Assembly: GCA_039189765.1 (NCBI GenBank)
Contig: JBCCYL010000011.1
Location: forward strand, 4,874-68,873
Origin: Cyanobacteria bacterium P01_F01_bin.150
Lineage (GTDB): Bacteria; Cyanobacteriota; Cyanobacteriia; CAKZMO01
DNA: 64,000 nucleotides
Direction of reading: 5' to 3'
Part shown: piece after piece, positions 9,167 to 17,086 of the stretch
Position numbering within the stretch: position 1 is the first letter of the stretch
How the letters are laid out: each line of letters opens with the position of its first letter
Program-made: the position numbers and the translations under genes
The notes under the pieces: model-generated
Told to the model about the DNA's origin: nothing
Database searches by the model: none
Seen by the model: the letters and a program-made list of their open reading frames with translations, nothing else

Positions 9167-9253
9167 CCATGCTAGGGGTGTCTGTGTTTGTCTACAGGCT
9201 GAGAGCATACCCTCGGAACCTGAGTCTGGATCATGCCAGCGGAGGGAAGCTGG
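9167..9253 (+). promoter_or_regulatory. TPP (THI-box) riboswitch aptamer
   Basis: ccatgCTAGGGGTG...CTGAGA..ACCC..GAACCTGAgtcTGGAtcATGCCAGCGgAGGGAAGCTGG matches the conserved THI-box core. A P1 helix forms between CCA(T)GCT and AGCTGG. A TACAAT -10-like box at 9158-9163 sits just upstream. Confidence 0.85.
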
Positions 9254-9415
9254 ATTTGTTTGCACACCTTTTGTGCAGTCATCGTTGTTGACGGTGTTTT
9301 ATAATCATCCCAAATTTATTTTTGGGAACAGTTGATCTTTTTGGATAAACCTCTAGTTCTTGACATGGGGCTCTACCCAATCCCTACATTTTAATTTTGA
9401 GAAGAGAGGTCATCT

Positions 9416-10906
9416 ATGACAATTGGAGCAATTTCGCTCTTGGTGACAGTCATCACTGTCGCGGCGTTTGTACTGTTTGGAGCATTAAAGGCCAGCCAAA
9501 CAGCCACAAATTTAGAAGATTACATGGTCAACCGCAACCAAATAGGTCGCTGGATGGCAACGGCAACGGTGGTAGCATCAGCGATGGGGGCTTGGATTTT
9601 ATTCAGTCCTCCAGAAGCTGGGTCTTTGTTTGGAGGAATCACCGCTATTCTGGGCTACTGCATTGGTTCCGCAGTGGCGGTTTTTCTGTTTGTTTTTATC
9701 GGACCTCGCCTCCGCACCATCATGCCCACGGGGCACTCGCTTAATGAGTACGTCCGTCATCGCTTTGGTGGGCCAATGTATTGGCTTACGGAAATTGTGA
9801 TGGTGTTCTATATGTTTATCTACTTGGCGGCCGAACTAACGGCGATCGCCAAAGTCCTGGAACTGGTCGCAGATGTGCCGCTAGCGATGACGGCGATCGC
9901 CGTTATGATTGCGGTGTTTGTTTACACGACCTATGGTGGCTTGCGAGTGACCATTTTGACCGACGCCCTCCAATTTGTGATTATTTTGCCATTGCTGTTG
10001 GTGTGTGCGATCGCCACTATCGCAGCCTTGGGTGGATTTGGTAATGCCATCCAGCCCATTGTAGATAATGCCCCAGAGTTGCTGTCCTTTGGCAATATCG
10101 ACGGCATTCGCTTTGGCCTGACCTTGACCATTGCCATTGTGGCAGCAGAGCTATTTAACCAAGGTAATTGGCAGCGGGTCTATGCCTGTCGTGACAATCA
10201 AGTCGTACGACAGTCGTTCCTCGGCTCATCCTTGATTATTTTGCCAATGGTTTTTATTTCTGGACTATTGGGCCTGATGGCCGTGCAGTTTGAACTAATA
10301 GGTGACACCGCATTCTTTGGCCTACTGCAAGAAATTAATATTGCTGGCTGGGTGATTATTGGGGTCTTAATTTTGGCATTGGCCCTGGTGATGAGCAGTC
10401 TGGATACCTTGCTCAATGGTATTGCCAGCGTGTTCACCATCGATCTGATTAAGTTTATGCCCACAGGCGGAAACGTCCTACGAATGGCACGGATATTAAC
10501 CGTGTTAGTGGGCATTCCCGCAGTAATGATTGCGGCTCAAGGGTTTAGCGTCCTCTATCTGTTTTTTATCGCCGATTTGATTTGTGCAGCGCTGTTGGTT
10601 CCAATTATCGTCAGCCTATACAACGCTAAACAAAGTGCCAACAATGCGTTATGGAGTTCGGCCACAGGAATTGTGGCTGGCCTGCTGTTTTTCCCAAAGG
10701 CGGACTTTAGTCCATTATTTGCGATTCCAGGGGGCGGAGATCTACTCCATAGCTTTGGGGCAGCCTTACTTGTATCTACGGCGATTACGTTGATTTGGGG
10801 AGCGCTTGCCTCCGCCAAATCAACTACAGTCTTTGACTATCAATCTTTAGATATGATTAAGCCTTATGGCGAAAAAAGAGAACCGCAAGAACCTGCTCTG
10901 CATTAA
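9416..10906 (+). CDS. Sodium:solute symporter (SSS) family transporter, candidate thiamine/thiamine-precursor importer
   Basis: 496-aa polytopic membrane protein with an SSS-like YGGLRVTILTDALQFVII segment. It lies directly downstream of the TPP riboswitch. Confidence 0.8.
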   Translation: MTIGAISLLVTVITVAAFVLFGALKASQTATNLEDYMVNRNQIGRWMATATVVASAMGAWILFSPPEAGSLFGGITAILGYCIGSAVAVFLFVFIGPRLRTIMPTGHSLNEYVRHRFGGPMYWLTEIVMVFYMFIYLAAELTAIAKVLELVADVPLAMTAIAVMIAVFVYTTYGGLRVTILTDALQFVIILPLLLVCAIATIAALGGFGNAIQPIVDNAPELLSFGNIDGIRFGLTLTIAIVAAELFNQGNWQRVYACRDNQVVRQSFLGSSLIILPMVFISGLLGLMAVQFELIGDTAFFGLLQEINIAGWVIIGVLILALALVMSSLDTLLNGIASVFTIDLIKFMPTGGNVLRMARILTVLVGIPAVMIAAQGFSVLYLFFIADLICAALLVPIIVSLYNAKQSANNALWSSATGIVAGLLFFPKADFSPLFAIPGGGDLLHSFGAALLVSTAITLIWGALASAKSTTVFDYQSLDMIKPYGEKREPQEPALH

Positions 10907-10960
10907 AAATTACTGATATAAATTCCTAAGGCAGTAAATAAATCACGCTGATATCAAAGG

Positions 10961-11000
10961 CACAGGGATAAACAGTATTCCCTGTGTCTTCTATGATTTC
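10961..11000 (+). terminator. Probable intrinsic terminator after the SSS transporter
   Basis: Stem cacaggga/tccctgtg (10961-10988) followed by the T-rich tcttctatgatttc. Confidence 0.5.
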
Positions 11001-11343
11001 TATCGCTTGGGAGCCATAAAGACAACTTTTATCTGGGGAAATATATTAACGATTGTGCTTTTAAACAAAAAGTATTGCAGTAATTTTACTTAACGCAATA
11101 ACAATTTTAGGACAAACTATCCGGACCCACTACTCTGCATAATGACTAGTAATAAGCTGAGGAAGTTCCCAATCTTGGAGGATTGCATGATTTTTTCACG
11201 TTGAGTTCTCTCAACTTTCAGCCCAAAATTTGGGTTTTGTTTTAGGCCGAAACCGACTTACGCTCTTGTGGGCACGACCTGCCTACAAAACCTACCTAAA
11301 GTTGATAACCCAGATCCTATCAATCGTCCAAAAAGGATAAAGC

Positions 11344-13764
11344 ATGGATAAGTTAGTCATCTTAGAACTTGAAGGAGATTTCCAGCAGACAGGCTTTAAA
11401 GTCACTTTGGACATCCGCAATGACCAAGGTTCCACAGCTCTTAAGGCCAAAGGACGATTGCCCATTGCTCCTGAGATGGCTCAACATTTACACCACCATT
11501 GGAATGAGGCTTATCGATCCCTTGGCCTGATGGGACGGTTGAAGGAGCAAAAAACGACTTATCAAGGTTCCTCTAATCAGCGCATTGTTGACTGTCGACG
11601 GTCCGCAATCGAGTTAATTGATTGTTTTCAGGACTGGCTCAGTGCCTCATCATTTCAAACGGTTGATCGACGGCTGCGAGAGAGCCTCGACCGAGCGGAC
11701 ACAATCCGATTTTTAATTCGAAGCGATGATCTGGATGTGCAACGTTTACCCTGGAGTGAGTGGGATTTTTTTGAACGCTATCCCAGGGCTGAGCTTGCTC
11801 TGGGAGCATCAGAATTTGAGGCTCCTTTTCTGCTCCAAACGCCCTTTCCCGAGGCTCATAAAGCCAGGGCAACGGGGTCCAAGGTAAGAATATTAGCAAT
11901 ATTAGGCCATCGCCAAGGTATTGACCTTGAAACCGATCGGCAAATTTTAGAAAATTTGCCCCACGCCCAGGTGGAGTTTTTAGTGGAACCCAGTCGTGAA
12001 GAGATGAGCGATCGCCTTTGGGAGCAACCTTGGGATATTCTGTTTTTCGCCGGTCATAGTGAAACCGACGGTGAGAGTGGCCGAATTTGCATTAATCCAA
12101 CGGATAGCCTAACCCTGTCTGAACTCAAATATGGCTTACAAAAAGCGATTCACCATGGACTACAGTTAGCGATTTTTAATTCCTGCAATGGGTTGGGCTT
12201 GGTGAGAGAGCTTCAGTCGCTAGCGATCGCCCAAATGATTGTAATGCGAGAGCCAATTACTGATAAAGTCGCTCAGGCCTTTCTGCGATATTTTCTTCAT
12301 GCCTTTTCCCAAGGAGAATCGTTTTACCTTGCCACTCGTTATGCCCGTGAACGTCTGGAATCTTTAGAGGGGACTTACCCCTGCGCTAGCTGGCTCCCCA
12401 TTATTTACCAACATCCCTTGGCGATTCCTCCTACCTGGGCTAGGCTGCGAGGAGATGTCCCCCCTTCTCAATCCCTGATTACCCCACCATATTCAAAAAC
12501 GGTTCGTACTTCACACCATGTCCCTGCGGCAAAATTGGTAAGGCTAGTGGGAATGATAACGTTTGCGATTATGCTGCTGCGATTTAGCGGCATTATGCAA
12601 GGATTGGAGCTGGTCGCCTACGACCGCTTAATTCGAGCACGTCCGGCTGAAACCATTGACGATCGGATTTTGGTCGTTGAGGTCACCCAGGAAGATCTGA
12701 ATCAATATGGTGGATATCCCCTGCCGGATCAGGCATTGGCTAATGCAGTGCAGACATTACAAAAACATAACCCAGTGGCGATCGCCATAGATATGCATCG
12801 ATATCAGCCACGAGGAGTAGGGCGCGACGCTTTTGTCCGGCAGTTTGGGGCACAGCCAAATCTGCTGCTGGCTTGTGCATTTAACGATCCGGATCAAGTC
12901 GCGGACCCAGATCATGGTCCCCCTCCTGAATTTTCGGATAATCAGCGTTGGGAACAGATGGGGTTTAGTAACCTGCCTGTGGATGAATCCACTAGCTTAT
13001 TTGGATCTATCACCAAAACGTCTGCCTTACCCCAAGATTTACCCGTTCGCCGCCAGCTATTATCCTATAGTCCAGAATTAGCGACTACGCCTTCTAGCTG
13101 TTCCACTCCCTACAGTTTAAGTTTCCAGCTAGTCTATCGATTCCTGGCCCATAGGGGGATAGAGCCATTACAAGTCAATGCTTCAGGTAATTGGCAGTTG
13201 GGTAGAATAGAAATAAGTCCTCTATCACAACGGTTTGGTGGTTATCAATTTTTAGATGGCTACAGCGACCAAATTATGCTTAATCCCCGTACTGCGGCTC
13301 CTGGTCAGCGAGTTGCTCTGGTTGATGTCCTCCAAGGAAACATTGGGCCTGCAATGGTGAGCGATCGCGTTATTCTGATTGGCTATGAGGCTCCCATTGC
13401 CCGTGACCAGATTCCAACGCCAACGGGACAAATATCAGGGGTTTGGGTCCATGCCCATATGACAAGTCAGTTATTAAGTGCAGTACTCGAACAGCGTCCA
13501 TTAATCTGGGTATTACCACAGTGGCAAAATATACAATGGGGAGATGGCTTATGGGTGTTATCTTGGTCCTTAGTGGCAGGTAGTATCGTTTATGTCTTGC
13601 GGAATCGTTTCCTATGGCTAGTGGGGGCGATGGCACTGATTGTGATTACTGCGTATTACGTATCGCTAATGATACTTGCTCAGGGTGGTTGGCTACCAAT
13701 AATTCCTACCGTATGTTCTGTAATGGCCGTTGGAATTGGTGTGGTGTTACATAGCGATCGCTAA
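11344..13764 (+). CDS. CHAT (caspase-like protease) domain fused to a membrane-embedded CHASE2 sensor domain
   Basis: The N-terminal part carries a His/Cys dyad context, ILFFAGHSETDGESG ... LAIFNSCNGLGL (CHAT). A TM helix (LVGMITFAIMLL) follows, then a CHASE2-like region (ILVVEVTQEDLNQYGGYPLPD...) and three C-terminal TM helices. No kinase or cyclase output domain is present. Confidence 0.75.
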   Translation: MDKLVILELEGDFQQTGFKVTLDIRNDQGSTALKAKGRLPIAPEMAQHLHHHWNEAYRSLGLMGRLKEQKTTYQGSSNQRIVDCRRSAIELIDCFQDWLSASSFQTVDRRLRESLDRADTIRFLIRSDDLDVQRLPWSEWDFFERYPRAELALGASEFEAPFLLQTPFPEAHKARATGSKVRILAILGHRQGIDLETDRQILENLPHAQVEFLVEPSREEMSDRLWEQPWDILFFAGHSETDGESGRICINPTDSLTLSELKYGLQKAIHHGLQLAIFNSCNGLGLVRELQSLAIAQMIVMREPITDKVAQAFLRYFLHAFSQGESFYLATRYARERLESLEGTYPCASWLPIIYQHPLAIPPTWARLRGDVPPSQSLITPPYSKTVRTSHHVPAAKLVRLVGMITFAIMLLRFSGIMQGLELVAYDRLIRARPAETIDDRILVVEVTQEDLNQYGGYPLPDQALANAVQTLQKHNPVAIAIDMHRYQPRGVGRDAFVRQFGAQPNLLLACAFNDPDQVADPDHGPPPEFSDNQRWEQMGFSNLPVDESTSLFGSITKTSALPQDLPVRRQLLSYSPELATTPSSCSTPYSLSFQLVYRFLAHRGIEPLQVNASGNWQLGRIEISPLSQRFGGYQFLDGYSDQIMLNPRTAAPGQRVALVDVLQGNIGPAMVSDRVILIGYEAPIARDQIPTPTGQISGVWVHAHMTSQLLSAVLEQRPLIWVLPQWQNIQWGDGLWVLSWSLVAGSIVYVLRNRFLWLVGAMALIVITAYYVSLMILAQGGWLPIIPTVCSVMAVGIGVVLHSDR

Positions 13765-13912
13765 CGCAAAGCTTAATTTTAGATTTATTCCAGAGTTTGC
13801 TTCAGGGCGCACCATACGTTCACGTTAATGTTTCCCAATGTTTTGCTAAGAGGGTGCCATAACTCTAGGCTTGTATGTTTTCCCGTAGATGTTCCCGCTT
13901 CAACTTTGACCT

Positions 13913-14194
13913 ATGAAATATGTTAGCTGGATGACGGTTCGCTCAGCGAGTTTAATGCTCAAAGCAACCACTCGACTGACTGCTTTGGTTATCTTGACAA
14001 GCTGCTCACTTGTGGGAGTAGTAAGTCAGTTGGCACCTGCTGCTGCGCGACAGTCACCGTCCGTCTTTAACAAATCTGCTATTAGTTCTGCCCAAAACCG
14101 TTCAACTGCCCCCCAAGACTTACCCCCCCCCCCTCATCGTCCCCCCCCGAATCGCACTCGTCCGGGAGGAGGACTAACATCCCTGCTGACTTGA
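13913..14194 (+). CDS. Small proline-rich putative lipoprotein
   Basis: Signal-like N-terminus with the lipobox-like LTSC. The C-terminus, PPPPHRPPPNRTRPGGG, is encoded by C11 and C8 homopolymer runs. Both the start and the gene's reality are uncertain. Confidence 0.35.
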   Translation: MKYVSWMTVRSASLMLKATTRLTALVILTSCSLVGVVSQLAPAAARQSPSVFNKSAISSAQNRSTAPQDLPPPPHRPPPNRTRPGGGLTSLLT

Positions 14195-14306
14195 ATTGAT
14201 GCTCTCCCAACGCCTAGCTTCAATAACCCTTTAAGAAATCTGCTAGTAAAAAAGATACCTGAGTTGAGGGTGGATAGGCTGTGCCCGCCCCCCCTTAACT
14301 GATCCT

Positions 14307-15440
14307 TTATCTTTCAGTAAAGCCCAAAGCCCCATGTCGTAGTGCTTTATCAAACAGGTTAGTTAGTTCACTTGTAGTGACTTTGACTTGTTTTTGGTGG
14401 GATTTGGGATTGTATAGGTCTACAGTACGATAGCCCTGAGCAAGAATAGTGTTTTGGAGCGATCGCACCCTCTCCGCTGCCCGATATTCCCCCCACTGGT
14501 CCAGCATCAAAACCGCTCCAGCCAGGGTGCCCAGAGGATTGGCAATCCCCTTTCCAGCAATATCAGGAGCGGTGCCATGGACCGCTTCGTACAGGCCAAA
14601 GCCGCTGGCATTGAGGCTGGCAGAACCCAGGAGTCCAATGGAACTTGCGATCGCCCCTCCCAAATCGCTTAAAATATCGCCAAACAAATTGCCTGCCACA
14701 ATCACATCAAAATCCTGAGGCCGCCTCACTAACTGCATCGCCAAATTATCCACCAGCATGGGTTCGACAGTGACCTCCGGAAACGCCTGAGCCTCTTCCT
14801 GCACCAGTGTTGTCCAGGGAATCTGGGGCAGAGCATTTTCCTTGTGTGCAACAGTAAGATGACCACGACGATTGTGAGCGTAGTTAAGGGCCACCCGCGC
14901 AATCCGACGAATATCGGTATCACCATAGCGCATGATGTGAAAGCCATAGGCACCTTGGTTATCAATACCACGGCCAGCTTCGCCAAAATAAATACCACTG
15001 ACCAGCTCGCGCACAAATAGCAGGTCCACATCCTTTAGCCGCTCTGCTTTGATAGGAGAGGCGTAACCTAAGTGGGGCGATGGACGTACAGGCCGAAGAT
15101 TAATAAAAAAATCAAAATGTCGCCGCAGTTCCAGCAGTCCCCCTTTGGTAACGGATCCAAACAGAATACCGTTCGTTCCCCGACACTTTTTCAAGGTCTC
15201 CGCTGGCAGAGGACTGCCAAATTTTTCCTGGGCCGCTGCCCCAATCCAGCCGTGGTCTACGGTTAGGCTAAAGCCTTCTACTTCTGCCAGGGTCTGCAAA
15301 ATAGTTAAACAGGCATTGACCACTTCAGGCCCAATGCCTTCCCCCGGCAGGGCAACGATGCGGTACTTGCGGGAATGCTCGGGGTGGGACTGTTTGGGCT
15401 GAGGCAATTGCACAGGGCGTTCGGCAGAAAAATCATGCAT
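14307..15440 (-). CDS. Isocitrate/isopropylmalate dehydrogenase family protein (divergent LeuB-like)
   Basis: YRIVALPGEGIGPEV, NLRP, VRELVSGIYFG, DNLAMQLV, NLFGDILSDL and YEAVHGTAPDIAGKGIANP are present. It lacks the usual LeuB GGxKWD segment. Confidence 0.8.
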   Translation of the reverse strand: MHDFSAERPVQLPQPKQSHPEHSRKYRIVALPGEGIGPEVVNACLTILQTLAEVEGFSLTVDHGWIGAAAQEKFGSPLPAETLKKCRGTNGILFGSVTKGGLLELRRHFDFFINLRPVRPSPHLGYASPIKAERLKDVDLLFVRELVSGIYFGEAGRGIDNQGAYGFHIMRYGDTDIRRIARVALNYAHNRRGHLTVAHKENALPQIPWTTLVQEEAQAFPEVTVEPMLVDNLAMQLVRRPQDFDVIVAGNLFGDILSDLGGAIASSIGLLGSASLNASGFGLYEAVHGTAPDIAGKGIANPLGTLAGAVLMLDQWGEYRAAERVRSLQNTILAQGYRTVDLYNPKSHQKQVKVTTSELTNLFDKALRHGALGFTER

Positions 15441-15587
15441 ATCTCTAAGCTGAACCGTTCAGACGATTATGGGCAATGGACTGTCAATTTGTGAATGCGA
15501 CGATGCAAGCCATAAAATAGTAGACGAAGGCGAAATGCTTTTACTCTCCCTATCAGTAATTATTTTGATGATCCAAACAATTTTCCT

Positions 15588-16169
15588 ATGACAGCCTTCA
15601 CCATTGCGATCGAATCTGTTGGTGTTTTAACAGATGATGCGTTTTATCAGCTTTGTCTGGCTAATCCTGATATTAAATTTGAGCGTTCAGCCAAAGGAGA
15701 ACTGATTGTTATGCCACCAACTGGAGGCGAAAGTGGTCGCCGTAATGCCGATATTACAATTGATCTGGGGTATTGGAATCGTAAGTGTCAGTTAGGATAC
15801 ACCTTTGATTCATCCACTTGCTTTAAATTACCTAATGGAGCAGAGCGGTCTCCCGATACGGCCTGGATTGAGCGTAGCCGCTGGGAATCATTAAGTCTCG
15901 AAGACCGCAGAAAATTTCCTCCCCTTGCGCCTGATTTTGTGATTGAGTTACGGTCTGCGACCGATCACCTAGCTCCCCTCCAAGCCAAAATGAGGGAATA
16001 TCAAGCGAACGGCGTTCGTCTCGGGTGGCTAATTAATCCTCAAGATAAAATCGTCGAAATTTATCGATTAGGGCAGGCCATTGACGTTCAAACGTCTGTT
16101 ACATCGCTTTCTGGAGAAAAGATTCTACCGGGTTTTGTTCTGGAACTCGATCGCATTTTCGCCCCATAA
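15588..16169 (+). CDS. Uma2 (DUF820) family putative endonuclease
   Basis: Family-typical GELIVMPPTGGESGRRN ... RSPDTAWI ... PDFVIEL pattern. Confidence 0.8.
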   Translation: MTAFTIAIESVGVLTDDAFYQLCLANPDIKFERSAKGELIVMPPTGGESGRRNADITIDLGYWNRKCQLGYTFDSSTCFKLPNGAERSPDTAWIERSRWESLSLEDRRKFPPLAPDFVIELRSATDHLAPLQAKMREYQANGVRLGWLINPQDKIVEIYRLGQAIDVQTSVTSLSGEKILPGFVLELDRIFAP

Positions 16170-16353
16170 ACCAATTTTTTTCATGTAGGACGCGCGATAA
16201 CGTAATTATTAGTAAATTTAGTGATGCTTGCGAAACGCGATGGAACCTTTCACATCACTGAAAAAATGTACGTTAAGCAAGTCAGAAAACTTCTTGGCTT
16301 TTCTAATAATGATATTGAAGAAGTGATGGCTATGTGAAGATTAGACTGATTCC

Positions 16354-16905
16354 TTAAATTGGAATATCCACAAGTGATGCCACCTCAATCGCTACGTTGG
16401 GAAATGCAACAGGGTAAATAATACCTTTCGGGAGAGATTGCTCACTAAGAAACTCACCGTTTTGCAGATCGGTAAACGCAATTAATTCCCTTTTTTCCAC
16501 ATTAATCACCCAATATTCCTGGATGCCTGCTGCCGCATATACCTGCTTTTTGACGGTCAAATCATAGTTCAGCGTGGTATCCGCCACCTCAATCAGCCAG
16601 TAGATATCATCTGGATAGGGATGGTGCTGCAAATATTGGGTAGCTGGAAGACGCACGATCGCAATATCCGGCTGGGGTTCAGAAGTCGCTAAAGTGATGG
16701 GGTGGGCCTCGAAGATTTTTGCTTTATCTCGCAATATCCGCCGCAAATATTCTGCACCGCGATCGTTTACAAAGCGGTGAAATTCCCCTTCAGGAGCCAT
16801 ATCCCAAATTTCCCCATTGATTAGCTCACAGCAGCGATAATCAAGAATGCCGCGATCACGCATCTGATGATAATCCTCTAAAGACCAGCGGGTCAGTGTT
16901 CGCAT
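16354..16905 (-). CDS. Uma2 (DUF820) family putative endonuclease
   Basis: ELINGEIWDMAPEGEFH ... PDIAIV ... WLIEVADTT ... YAAAGIQEYWVINV pattern. Confidence 0.8.
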   Translation of the reverse strand: MRTLTRWSLEDYHQMRDRGILDYRCCELINGEIWDMAPEGEFHRFVNDRGAEYLRRILRDKAKIFEAHPITLATSEPQPDIAIVRLPATQYLQHHPYPDDIYWLIEVADTTLNYDLTVKKQVYAAAGIQEYWVINVEKRELIAFTDLQNGEFLSEQSLPKGIIYPVAFPNVAIEVASLVDIPI

Positions 16906-17086
16906 GATTTAATCCCCTATTACCCCCCAGGCATTATGTTTGGTGCCATAAGTCGATCATACGCGATCGCACTTAACTCATACTGCTCCTTCTGACTTTG
17001 CAGAGCGGATGTTTATATACCATTATCGCCCACGTGACCAATACAATCGCTCCATTGCCAGTTTGGCCGTTTTAGCCAGAATGAGC

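Noticed and set aside
9397-10818. Alternative-frame and antisense ORFs within the SSS transporter gene (9397-9744, 9781-10044, 9931-10137, 10198-10515, 10555-10818, 10584-10793)
   Set aside because: They are fully embedded in a 496-aa membrane-protein CDS, and their translations have no protein-like features.
16221-16337. ~38-codon ORF (MLAKRDGTFHITEKMYVKQVRKLLGFSNNDIEEVMAM) between the two Uma2 genes, considered as a possible antitoxin or fragment
   Set aside because: It is too short, with no RBS or motif that I can recognise, and cannot be supported without a homology search.
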